Notes: generated by a model not told the origin, from the letters alone. DNA of 20,000 nt from Malacoraja senta (GCA_038087875.1 JAXLNO010000666.1:116804-136803), one strand, 5' to 3'; positions 1 to 10,933 are shown, numbered from the stretch's first letter. Made by a program: numbers and translations.

Positions 1-95
1 AAGGACGTACATTTTCAACCAGACTTCACTGCAAACAAAATTAGGCATGAATATCCTGACAAATATGCAGCTGTATTATAACAACTGCACAAATA

Positions 96-408
96 GGGCA
101 TCACGATGGCGCAGCGGTAGAGTTGTTGCCTGACAGCACCAGAGACGTGGGTTTGATCCTGACTATGGGTGATGTCTGTACGGAGTTTGTACGTTCTCCC
201 TGTGACCTGAGTGGGTTTTCTCCGGGAGCTCCGGTTTCCTCCTACACTCCAAAGACGTATAGGTTTGCAGGGTGATTGGCTTGCTAAAATTGTAAATTAT
301 CCCTGATGTGATGGATAGTGTTGTGTGTGGGGATCGCTGGTCGGCGCAGTCTCGTTGGGCCGAAAAGCTTGTTTTCTGCGCTGTATCTCTGCATTAAACA
401 AAACTAAA
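96..408 (+). mobile_element. tRNA-derived V-SINE (HE1-like, elasmobranch type)
   Basis: A box TGGCGCAGCGG (107-117) and B-box-like GGTTTGATCC (150-159). V-domain GTTCTCCC..GTGGGTTTTCTCCGGGAGCTCCGGTTTCCTCC. CR1-like tail GGGCCGAA..CTGTATCTCT ending in an (ACTAA)-like repeat. Confidence 0.85.
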
Positions 409-520
409 GGAGATCAACATGAACTGTGTGTCGTAACCTCTCACTGGATACAATTATTTTTGATTTTTTTATTAGCAGTAATTTGGAGATAAGATCGCAT
501 TTGCCCCGTTCCATTATAAG

Positions 521-690
521 AGGTTCAGGTTTATTAGTGTCGGGTGTATGGAAGTACAGTGAAATGTTTTGTTTTGGCTGCAATCCAATCAAGTCAGATA
601 ATGCTATCCATAAATACAATCAAGCCAAACTCAAGCACAATAGGTTGAGCAAAGATACAGAATGCAGAATGTAGTTCTCAGCATTATAGA
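521..690 (-). mobile_element. Degenerate non-LTR retroelement 3' tail (L2/Rex-Babar-like)
   Basis: TTTATTAGTGTC..GTACAGTGAAA resembles the reverse complement of the TTTCACTGTAC..TGACAATAAA tail seen at 11986-12021 and 15519-15553. Confidence 0.45.
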
Positions 691-1222
691 TATACATTAC
701 ATAGGATCACTCAGATCATTAGCAAGATTGTTTCACTAATTCTCTCTCTGATTCTTGCCATTTTCCCATGGGCTTTATCCTATAAACATTTATTAGTAGA
801 AAACAGCTCTATTATGTGATATTGAGAAAGAAAAAATATTGAGCTTTTGAGTTAGATTTTACTTTAGACTTTATTATTATTATTTTTTTTAATATTTAAT
901 TTTTATTAGAGGTTTCTGCATATCATAGTCCAAACCAATACAAACTTTGTTTAACGATTACATATTAAGTATCCAGGGTTCCGGGGATCCAGTTACCAAA
1001 GTAGCTGGGGTCCTCCTTTATCGGTTACATATTAACATTACCTCTAATTATTTATTTATGTTTATAGATAAGAAAAATAAAGAAATAAAGAGAAGAAATT
1101 AGAAAAAAAATAAGATAAACTATCAATAATACAACTTTGGAGATAGGTCCGTAGGTCAGAAAACATAACTATGCATCTAGTCCTGGGTTCAGGTTTCAGT
1201 CAGCCCTCCGCGCCGGCCCAGT

Positions 1223-4200
1223 CTACCCCTTCAAATAATCTATAAATGGAGACCATATTTTAGTAAATAATTCTGGTTTGTCAATTAAGACATATCTAAT
1301 TTTTTCCAAATGTAAGGTCTCCGACGTCTCCATAATCCACATCTTAATTGTGGGGGTTGCAGGATTTTTCCAAAATTTTAATATTAATTTTTTCCCAATT
1401 ATTATACTGTAATCAAGGAAATTTCTTTGGTTTGTTGTAAGTTTTAGGTATTGTTGTGATATGCCCAATATTATTAATTTAGGATCGGGATCCAGTTGAG
1501 TATTAGCAACTACAGAGATTATTTTAAAAATATCCGTCCAGTACTTTTTAATTTTTATACAATTTACAAAAGTATGGATTAAATTAGTATTGGCATTTTA
1601 TCACAGATAGGAGAGATTTTAGGAAAGATTCTATTTAATTTTGTTTTTGAATAATGCAGTCTATGTAGTACTTTAAATTGTATTAAAGAATGTCTGGTAT
1701 TTAATGTGCATTGATATATATGTTGCAGACTTTCATCCCAAATATCTTTTGTTATGGGTTGGGCTAATTCCTTTTCCCATGCTAGTCTATATAATTCCGT
1801 CGACGGAATCTCACTGTCTAAAAGAGTATTATAAATGTAAGATATTAATTTAACTGTATTAGGGTTATTCCAACATTCATCTAGAATCTCTGGTTCTCTA
1901 GTTCTGTATTCTTGTGTATGTGATTTAACATAATCTTTAAGTTGTAAGTATCTAAAAATATTATTTAAATGTAATCCATAATTCTGTTGTAGTTCCTGAA
2001 ACGAGAGAAAAATACCATTTCTATAAAGATGTCCCATCTTTTTAATTCCATGATTTTTCCATTATACAAAACCTTTATCCAACACTGAGGGTTTAAATGA
2101 AGGATTATTTGCAATGGGGAGAGAAAGTGATAAATTATCCAATTTTAATGTCTTTTTTAGTTGTTTCCAAATTCGAATACCACTATATATTATAGGGTTT
2201 TCACTATAGATTTTTTAATTCAATGTTGTAGGAGCTAACAGGATCGGCCCAATTTCAAAAGGCAAACAATCTTCCTTTTCCATCTTTAACCAGTCTGGTT
2301 GTTGATCCATATCTTCCAACCAAAAATTCATATTTTGACATTAACTGCCCAAAAATAAAGTAAAGAATTTGGTAAAACTAATCCTCCTTTGGTCTTGGGT
2401 TTGCATAGGTGTTTTTTGCTTATTCTGTGGTTCTTATAATTCCAAATAAAACTTGTCACTATAGAGTCAACTTTTTTAAAGACATTTTTTGGGAGATATA
2501 GTGATTGAAAAAGGTTTAGCAATTGCGGAAGGAAAATCATTTTTATAGCATTAACTCTACCGAGCATTGAAATGAGAAGTGTTTTCCAGTATTGGATATT
2601 CTTATGCAATTTATTAAGTAAAGGCATGAAATTTGATTTAAATAAAGTATATTTCACATAAATTCCAAGGTATTTAAATTTTTCATTGACTATTCTAAAA
2701 GGTGAGTGTTGCAATATATATGTTGGGTTCCGTTATTGGCATCATCTCACTTTTATTCCAATTATTTCTCTATCCCGAAAATAAACCAAATTGAGTTATA
2801 AGATTTAACAAGTTTGGGATGCTGATTTCTGGATTTGTAATATATAATAATACATCGTCTGCATATAGAGAGATTTTATTAACTGTATTTTTAGTATTAT
2901 ACCCATATATTTCTGGATGTGCTCTAACTCTTTCTGCTAGTGGTTCAATAGCGAGGGCAAATAGTAGCGGGGATAACGGGCATCCTTGTCTGCAACCTTT
3001 AGATAAATCAAATTTTGTTGATAACATTTGATTTGTCATTATTCTAGCTGTTGGGTTAGTGTATAACAGCTTAACCCATGTGCAAAACGTCTCACCCAAT
3101 TGAAATGTTTCCATCACCGAAAATAAATAGGGCCATTCCACTTGATCGAATGCTTTCTCAGCGTCTAACGAGATGACTGCTAGATCTACATTAGCTATTC
3201 TATTTGAGTATATAATATTAAATAATCGTCTCCGATTATAATATGAATAGCGTTTTGGAATAAAGCCTGTTTGGTCAGGGTGTATTAATTTATGAATCAC
3301 TAAACTTAATCTATGGGCTAAAATTTTGGTTAATATTTTCTGATCGGTGTTTAAGAGAGCAATTGCTCTATATGAACCTGGGTCTTCAGGGTCCTTATCC
3401 ATTTTGGGTATAAGTATTATTGTTGATTCATTTAAAGTTTCTGGTAATTTCTGTTGCATGAAAGCATGAGGTGTAGAGAAATCAGATCAAGAAATTTTTT
3501 GTAAAATTCGCTATTTAAACCATCAGGGCCAGTGGCCTTTCCATTTTTTAAAGATCTAATATATTCTTCAATATCTTTTACTGATATTTCGGCCCCTAAT
3601 AATTCCCTCTCTTTCAGATCTAAACCTGTAAGATTACATTTCTGTTAAAATGATTCCATTCCTGCAGACCCCACTATCGTTTTGGTTGAGTAAAGTGTTT
3701 GATAGTATTGAGAAAATCTAGCATTAATATCCTTGGGTAATGTTAGTATTTCTCCCGTACCTGATTTAATTTTATAAATTGTTTTTTCCCCTTCCTGTTT
3801 CCGGAGCTGACGTGCCAGTAATTTTTGTGGTTTATCACCGAACTCAAAGTGTAGTTGTTTAGTATTTTGATAAAGTTTTATGATTTGATCTGAATATATT
3901 TGATTTAACATATATTTGAGTGCAGCAATTTTATTATGTATTATCGTAGAGGTCGCGATTGCGTTTTCCATATCTAATTGCCTTATCTCCATTTCCAATT
4001 CCTGTTTGGCACGGTTCTTTTTATTACGAAAGGCTTGCGCGGAGATTAACGCTCCTTGTATAAATGCTTTAAATGTTTCCCAAAGAAGGGAGGCAGATAT
4101 TTCATGGCATTAGTCTCGAAAAACATATTTATCAGTGTGATAAGGTATTCACAACATGCTTTATCATTTAAAATTTGAGGATTAATTCTCCATTGTGTCT

Positions 4201-4963
4201 GCTTCTCAGTCATTCCACTTAGTTTGGTCATAAATGTTAAAGGAGCGTGGTCCAAAATTATAATATTAGGATATTTCGAATTATAAGTAAATGGGATAAG
4301 CTTAGAGTCTACTAAAAAGTAATCTATCCTTGAGTAAGTTTTATGTACCGGTGAGTAGAATGAATATTCCCTTCCGGATGGGTTTTCAATTCTCCAAACA
4401 TCTTTCATATATGTAGAATTAATGTATGAATTTAATAATTCGCTTGTCTTGGATTTTGCTTTTCTTTGTCTTGACGATCTGTCTAGATAAGAATCTAGTG
4501 TACAATTTAAATCTCCACCAATTATCAAGTTATGTTGTGTGAGTTCCGGGATAGTATTAAGTATATTCTTAAATAACAAAGGGTTATCAAAATTTGGTCC
4601 ATAGACATTGAGAAGAATCACTTTTTTTAGATATAATTCACCCACTAGTATAATATATCTACCATTACTGTCCGCAATAGTTGATATGTGTTTAAAAGGT
4701 ATACCTTTACGGATTACAATTGCGACCCCTATGGCCTTATGGGAGAATGAAGAGTGATATGTTTCAGCAATCCATTTTGCTTTCAATCTATGTTGTGCTT
4801 CGTTTTTAAGATGAGTTTCTTGAAGAAATGTTATATCTGCATTGAGTGACTTTAAGTGTGCTAATACTTTACCTCTCTTGATTGATTCATTAATTCCCTT
4901 AACGTTCCAGCTACAAAAAGTAATTCCTTGACCCCCAATTTTTCTATTAACGTCTTGCATCAT
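1223..4963 (-). pseudogene. L1 ORF2 (APE endonuclease, reverse transcriptase, C-terminal Cys-rich domain), frameshifted
   Basis: Collinear fragments: SWNVKG, LQETH, GGDLN and SRIDY (endonuclease, 4046-4963). SLDAEKAFD, GCRQGCPLSPLLF and LYADD (RT, 2770-3459). KYLGI (2328-2714). QFKVLHRLHY..CDK (1579-2037). Terminal stop at 1223. Confidence 0.95.
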
Positions 4964-5305
4964 ATGGTTAGGGCAGTCTATAAAAGAGTAGATCGCTCAG
5001 CAGAGTATGCCAGACAATCCCCCCGAACACAGGACAGATGAGTTTTAAATTGAATAGATCTTCCTCCAGGACCTCTCTCCACAAATAATACTTATAATTC
5101 AAATCAACTTTATGATAGAAATTAAGTAAGAAATAAAAAAAGAAAGTAAAAAAATAAAAATTAATAAAGTGCAAGAAAAAAGAAGAAACTACATCTACAA
5201 ATAGTGTTAAAGAAGGAACTGCAGATGCTGGAAAATCGAAGGTACACAAAAATGCAGGAGTAACTCAGCGGGTGCAGCAGCATCTATGGAGCGAAGGAAA
5301 TAGGC

Positions 5306-5333
5306 AACGTTTCGGGCCGAAACCCTTCTTCAG
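5306..5333 (-). ncRNA. Minimal hammerhead-ribozyme-like motif in the Penelope-like 3' tail
   Basis: Minus strand reads CUGAAGA-A-GGGU(UUCG)GCCC-GAAACGUU: CUGANGA and GAAA cores, 4-bp stem II with UUCG loop, palindromic AACGUU stem III. Stem I is weak. Confidence 0.65.
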
Positions 5334-5443
5334 ACTGATAGGGGGTGGGGAGAAGAAAGGAAAAAAGGCGGAGGAGGAGCCCAAGGGCTGGGGGATGGGA
5401 GGAGACAACCAGAGGGCGGATGAAGGGGAGGGGACAGCAAGGG

Positions 5444-5925
5444 CTAGCAGAGTTGTGAGAACTCAATGTTCATGCCCCCAGGATGTAGACTGCCCAAGCG
5501 GAATATGAGGTGCATTTCCTCCAATTTCCGGTGTTGCTCGCTGTGGCCATGGAGGAGACCCAGGACAGAGAGGTCAGATACGGAATGGGAGGGGGAATTG
5601 AAGTGCTGAGCCACCGGGAGGTCAGGTAGGTTATTGCGGACCGACCGGAGGTGTTCGGCGAAACGATCGCCAAGCCTCCGCTTGGTCTCACCGATGTAGA
5701 TCAGCTGACATCTAGAGCAGCGATTGCAATAGATGAGGTTGGAGGAGATGCAGGTGAATCTGTGTCGCACCTGGAACGACTGCTTGGGTCCTTGAATGGA
5801 ATCGAGGGGGGAGGTGAAGGGACAAGTGTTGCATCTCTTGCGGTTGCAAGGGAAAGTACCCGGGGAGGGGGTGGTACGGGAGGGAAGGGAAGAATTGACA
5901 AGGGAGTTACGGAGGGAGCGGTCTT
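5444..5925 (-). pseudogene. Penelope-like GIY-YIG endonuclease domain with Cys-rich linker
   Basis: PCNRKRCNTC linker, then NLIYCNRCSRCQLIYIGETKRRLGDRFAEH..VAQHF..LEE..GMN. Confidence 0.93.
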
Positions 5926-5940
5926 CCGTCCGGCACTCAA

Positions 5941-6478
5941 CTTCCATCCGGCACTCAAATACACCTGGACCATTTCCGACACTTCCCTACCATTCCTTGA
6001 CCTCACTATCTCCATCGCAGGTGATAGACTTCATACCGACATCCACTACAAACCTACCGACTCCCATGGCTATCTGGACTACACTTCTTCCCACCCTGCT
6101 TCCTGTATGGACTCCATCCCCCACTCCCAATTCCTCCGTCTACGCCGCATCTGCTCCCAGGATGAGGCGTTCCACACCAGGGCATCCGAAATGTCCTCAT
6201 TCTTCAGGTAACGGGGGTTCCCCTCCTCCACCATAGATGAGGCTCGCACGAGGGTCTCTGCCCTACCATGCAACACTGCTCTCTCTCCCCATGCCCCCAC
6301 TCACAACAAGGGCAGAGTCCCCCTAGTCCTCACCTTTCACCCCACCAGCCGTCACATACAACAAGTGATCCTCCGTCAGTTTTGCCACCTCCAACATGAC
6401 CCCACCACTCACCACATCTTCCCATCTCCCCCCATGTCTGCCTTCCGCAAAGACCGCTCCCTCCGTAACTCCCTTGTC
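5941..6478 (+). pseudogene. Penelope-like RT C-terminal/thumb region (inverted segment), in-frame stop at 6209-6211
   Basis: FHPALKYTW..LPFLDL..TDIHYKPTDSHGYLDYTSSHP..SIPHSQFLRLRRICS, continuing past the stop as RGFP..RVPLVLTFHP. Confidence 0.9.
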
Positions 6479-6887
6479 GTAAAACCCAACAAACTCAGTA
6501 AGAGTTATTTACGGGATTAATGTTAGAACTATTTTAGTCCAAAAGATTAATAATCATGTGAGAGAAACTATTACTCTCTTGGCTAAGTATTAGTAAAATA
6601 TTAGTCTGATGTAAAAAAAAGTATAAACATAGCTAATTTTAATTAATAAAATACCCAGGTTATACCTTGTTTGCAATTCATATTTTTAACTAATTATTCT
6701 AATAATAATAATAGTAGTCTTAATAATTAGTATTTGTTAGTAATAATTAGTACTAAAATATTAAAATAATATGTCCATATCAAGAAGGTTTGTTCAGTTA
6801 TCGTTATCAGCTTTCATTAGTCCTTGAGTAAAGCAATTTAAAGTTCCATTTATTCTCCGCAAGATGAGGATATCATATGAATGTTAT

Positions 6888-8086
6888 TCAATCAGCACTC
6901 AGGCCCACGCTCTTCTGGGCGATCTTCTGGGCGAACGCCAATGCTTTCTTGTGATCAGTAAAAATCTGCTCCTTCTGTTCATAGGTGACTCTCAGTCTTG
7001 CAGGGTACAGCAGTCCATATCTCAAGTTGTCTATCTTCTTAAAAATCCCTCTTGTCTCGGTAAATAACGCTCTCCTTTTGACCACTTCCATGGGATAGTC
7101 TCGGAAAATGCTGATTTTGTCTCCCTCGAACAGAAGATTTCTGGCGCTAGCAATTTTTTTCATATCATCCAAGACGTGGTCATATTGCACCTTCACTATC
7201 AGTTGCCTTGGGGGCGCGTTCGGGCCTGAGCGACGTCCCAGAGCCCTATGTGCCCGGCCTAATAAAGGCTTTTGATCCAAATTCAATACTTTTTTCAATA
7301 TGTCTGCAGCATAGTCACGGAGATCTTTAGTTCCTTCTTTACCCTGTAGGACGCCAACAATTCTTAAGTTCTGACGTCTTTGGCGTCCCTCCAAGTCAAT
7401 ACATTTTTCAGTTACTGTATGCAGTAAATCTGATAAACGCCTGTTCTCGGCAAGAAGTGTTTCTGTAGTTTGAGAGCTCGTATCAGCAATTGACTCCAAA
7501 TGAGTCATGGCCTCGGAGGTACACAAAAATGCTGGAGAAACTCAGCGGGTGCAGCAGCATCTGTGGAGCGAAGGAAATAGGCAACGTTTCGGGCCGAAAC
7601 CCTTCTTCAGAGTCATGACCTCCGTTTGTTGATTTATTATGTTGAAGACAGGATCCAGCTTGCATTTAAGTTGGATTCAATCAACTTAATTTTCTCATTT
7701 GCTTCATTAATTTGTAAATCGAGGTTTGCAGATATTTTCTCCTTCATGGTAACCAGTTCTGCACGGACAAACAGCGATTTTATCTTCAAAATCTGAGAGG
7801 TCTTCTTTAAATTCCTTTTTAAAACCTCTCAGTATTTCTTTAATGTTCATTTCTTTTTAAAGTTTATCAATTCTTCTCTCATACTTGCAATTTCCTTCGT
7901 GATAAGGATGCGAAGTTCCTCCATTTCGCTTTTCTTTGTCTTTGGCTTCTGGACCTTTGAAACGTCCTCCTGGGACGACGTTGAAACTGAGCCCGAGGGT
8001 TCAGTCGGGCCTACTTCATCCACCGGAGTTTTAGCTTTTCCGGGTTTTTTAGCAGCTCCCTTTGTGGGGGAGTGTTTTACCGACAT
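6888..8086 (-). pseudogene. L1 ORF1 (Transposase_22-type coiled-coil/RRM/CTD), disrupted
   Basis: ATG at 8086 (MSVKHSPTK). Motifs DLEGRQRRQNLRIVGV, RAHRA, ISIFRDY and YGLLYPARLRV. Frameshifts plus an insertion at 7515-7609. Confidence 0.92.
7515..7609 (-). mobile_element. ~95-bp Penelope-tail/hammerhead-like mini-insertion in L1 ORF1
   Basis: 3 mismatches versus 5241-5334. Flanked by GAGTCATGGCCTC (7502-7514) and GAGTCATGACCTC (7610-7622). Removing it restores ORF1 as ..NQQTE(V/A)MTHLES.. Confidence 0.88.
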
Positions 8087-8238
8087 TATACTCCGGAGTC
8101 GCAGGTCTGATGACGTCACTCAGGCTGCCGGTGCGATTTCTGCAGGTCAGTCCGTTATTTTTCTCCCGTTTTTTCTCGGGTTTGCGTGGAGCTAGCTGGC
8201 ACACACCTCTACTCCCCCATTAGCGCCACCGGAAGCTC

Positions 8239-8493
8239 TTACTTTAGACTTTAGAGATACAGTGGAAGTAGGCCCTTTGGCCCACTGAGTCCATGCTGAC
8301 CAGCGATCACCCCGTACACTAGTACTATCCTACACATTAGGGACAATTTAAAGATGACAATTAACTTTGGAGTGTGGGAGGAAACTGGAGCACCCGGAGA
8401 CAACCAATGCGGTCACAAGGAGAAGTACAAACTCCGTACAAACAGCGCCTGTAATCAGGATCATACCCGGGTACCAGGTGTTGTAAGGCAGCA
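8239..8493 (-). mobile_element. V-SINE whose 3' tail repeat was the L1 target
   Basis: Reverse-complement V-domain GAGTGTGGGAGGAAACTGGAGCACCCGGAGA and tail TTTAGACTTTAGAGATAC. The rest of the tail repeat lies at ~848-873. Confidence 0.85.
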
Positions 8494-9007
8494 GGTTTTG
8501 TAAACCTGCATCTGCAGTTCCTTGTATCCACATGGTGTTTAAAAATTGCACATTGTTACAAAAATTCAAACTACGTCAGAGCACTATTTATGGAGTTTGC
8601 ACTATTAATCAAGATTTAGTTTTGGAGTTTTGCAGATTCTAATTTGACTTTAAATGTGGGAGAATATTCATCATATTTTTATAAAGCCATAAATTTAATT
8701 GGGCTGAAATATAATTTTCACTAGGGCGCATTTGCTGGCAGTTTAGGGAAGAGGAACAATGCTGAGATTTAGGAGGTTGTGCCAAGGTTTTTAAGGCATC
8801 TTTGCAATGTTTCTGCAACCTTGCTCAATCCCCTGAATGCAAGCTGAATACAGAGTTGTATACAGAGCTGTATGTAAGCTGTATACAAGAACAAAGGGTG
8901 ACCTGGTGTGTGGGAACAGCCATGAGGTGGGTGGGTAATTGGGAACAAAGGACCTGGCGTCAGATACTTTGTAACTTTGTGCCCTTCATGTGGCGTCTAT
9001 TTGCATA

Positions 9008-9062
9008 CCTTGGGTGTGCAAAACAAAGAATATCAGACTTGTCACATGTGACAATAAAATAT
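9008..9062 (+). mobile_element. L2/Rex-Babar-like 3' tail fragment preceding a (CATT)n array
   Basis: CACATGTGACAATAAA immediately followed by the microsatellite. The same motif occurs at 12008-12021. Confidence 0.45.
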
Positions 9063-9228
9063 CATTCATTCATTCATTCATTCCCTCATTTATTCATTCA
9101 TTGCCTCATTCATTCATTCATTCAGTCATTCATTCATTCATTCATTCATTCATTCAATCATTCATTCATTCATTCATTCATTCATTCATTGCCTCATTCA
9201 TTCATTCATTCATTCATTCATTCATTCA
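9063..9228. repeat. (CATT)n microsatellite
   Basis: About 40 imperfect CATT units with recurring GCCT/CCCT interruptions. Confidence 0.97.
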
Positions 9229-9364
9229 CAACCTCACACAACAAACTGTGAATAATCAGTTTCTGGACCATCCCATGCCCAATATGAATCAGGAGATGTG
9301 AATAATAAAACTGACACTTTCCGCTGAGCTGATGCAATGTTGAATCTTCTGTTTTTTCTTCCAG

Positions 9365-9465
9365 CTTGAACATATACAGAATAAACAACTAAAATCTGTT
9401 CCAGTTACTCAATTGATAAAATCTCGCAATATCCTAGTCATCACAGTCATTAGCTTACTCATATG
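9365..9465 (+). CDS. SLC22A5-like: OCTN-type organic cation/carnitine transporter (SLC22A4/A5-like), exon equivalent to exon 6 (101 bp)
   Basis: Polypyrimidine tract and CCAG acceptor, TG|GTAAG donor. Encodes LEHIQNKQLKSVPVTQLIKSRNILVITVISLLI(W), with a phase-2 join to the next exon. Not in the ORF track. Confidence 0.92.
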
Positions 9466-9520
9466 GTAAGTATGAGATTCAAGAAGAATATTCAGACGTG
9501 TTTATTAAAAAATATCTGTG

Positions 9521-9661
9521 AGACAATAGACAATAGATAATAGGTGCAGGAGTAGGCCATTTGGCCCTTCGAGCTAGCATCGCCATTCAATGTGATCATG
9601 GCTGATCATCCCCAATCAGTACCCCATTCCTGCCTTCTCCCCATATCCCCTGACTCCGCTA
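9521..9661 (-). mobile_element. CR1 LINE 3' end, interrupted by L1
   Basis: (AGACAAT)n tail, TAGGTGCAGGAGTAGGCCAT..GGCCCTTCGAG 3' UTR and ORF2 end SGVRGYGEKAG. Homologous to 16064-16200. Confidence 0.88.
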
Positions 9662-10931
9662 TTTTTTTTTTTTTTAATTAATATTTTTATTAGAAGCAAA
9701 CATATTATAAAGTATAGTAACATATTATAATAGAAAAAAAAACTTTTCATATACATCAATCATACATTAATAAAATTGTCAATTGTCAATTAATTCTGCT
9801 TCTAGTGTTTTTTTTAATATAAATAGAAAAAGTGAGGTAGAAAGAAAAAAGCATTACAAATATCGAGAAAAAAAAAAAAGAGGTGGAATGAGTGATTTAT
9901 AATACGTCATTGGAGATAAGTTTGTAGGTTATGATAATTTTACATCTAATCCTGAGTTCAAGCTTCAGGTGGGTTTTCGTGCTGGGCCCATCTATCCCTT
10001 CAAATAGTTAATGAATGGAGCCCATATTTTAACAAAAAGTTCTTGTTTGTCCATTAAGACAAGTCTAATTCTTTCTAGATGTAGGGTCTCCGACATTTCC
10101 ACAATCCACATTTTAATTGTGGGGGTTATAGGACCTTTCCAAAATTTTAATATTAATTTTTTCCCAGTTATTATACTGTAGTCAAGGAAGTTTCTTTGGC
10201 TTGTTATGAGTATTAAACTTTGTTCTGATATCCCAAGTATTATTAATTTTGAGTCTGGATCCAATTTAGTATTAACAACTTCAGAAATTATTTCAAAAAT
10301 ATCAATCCAGAATTTTTTGATTTTTATACAATTTTTATACAAAAGTATGTGTTAAATTGGCCTCTAGGTGTAGGCATTTATCACAGATAGGAGAAATATG
10401 TGGGAAGATTCTATTTAGTTTTATTTTGGAATAATGTAATCTGTGTAAGACTTTAAATTGTATTAAAGCATGTCTGGCATTTAACGAGCATTGATGTATA
10501 TGTTGTAAACTTTCGTCCCAAATGTCTTTCGTTATAGAGTGACCTAACTCATTTTCCCATGTTTGTCTATATAGTTCCATCGGTGGTACCTCATTGTTTA
10601 AGAGGATGTTATAGATATAAGCTATTAATTTTTCAGTGTTAGGATGCTTATTCAAACATTCATCAAGAATTTCTGGTTCCCTAGTCCTATATACTTGTGT
10701 ATTAGATTTAACATAATCTCTAATTTGTAGATAACTGAAAAAATTATTTGAGTGTAGTCCATAATTCTGTTGTAACTCTTGAAATGACAGAAAGATGCCT
10801 TCCCTATAAAGATGTCCAATCTTTTTAATTCCATAATTTTTCCATTGTATAAAACCTCTATCCAATATGGATGGCTTGAATAAAGGATTATTTACAATGG
10901 GAAGATATAGTGGTATATTATTCAGTTTTAA
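9662..10931 (-). mobile_element. 5'-truncated L1 (ORF2 3' end plus 3' UTR), a different subfamily from 874-8238
   Basis: Poly(T) at 9662-9675 and TTTTTATTAGA. ORF2 C-terminus QFKVLHRLHY..CDKC..H..C..FW with stop at 9992. Collinear with 1223-2148. Confidence 0.93.
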
Positions 10932-10933
10932 AG

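Larger units (their letters stand above)
5204..6478 (-). mobile_element. Penelope-like element (probably Neptune clade), 5'-truncated and 5'-inverted, inserted in the L1 inter-ORF spacer
   Basis: Minus-strand 3' part (5204-5925) holds the Cys-rich linker, GIY-YIG domain and 3' tail. Plus-strand part (5926-6478) holds the RT C-terminus/thumb. The GC-rich block is sharply bounded by AT-rich L1 spacer. Confidence 0.92.
874..8238 (-). mobile_element. Full-length, decayed LINE-1 (fish-type L1) with two nested insertions
   Basis: 15-bp TSD TTACTTTAGACTTTA at 859-873 and 8239-8253. 5' end reads GAGCTTCCGGTGGCG. ORF1, spacer and ORF2 (APE-RT-Cys domain) follow. TCTAATAAAAA and an A-rich tail lie at ~874-910. 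Confidence 0.95.

Noticed and set aside
96..165. tRNA gene
   Set aside because: A/B boxes continue into a V-domain and LINE-like tail, so this is a SINE head, not a cloverleaf tRNA.
5651..6211. 186-aa ORF as an intact protein
   Set aside because: The N-terminal half is antisense GIY-YIG sequence fused to RT thumb sequence across the inversion junction.
4046..6478. Prokaryotic-style RT/nuclease system (retron, CRISPR-RT, DGR)
   Set aside because: Spliceosomal introns and vertebrate TE families are present, there is no repeat-spacer array, and the RT and nuclease domains are explained by L1 and Penelope elements.
8802..9301. ORFs with FIHS repeats
   Set aside because: Translation of the (CATT)n microsatellite.
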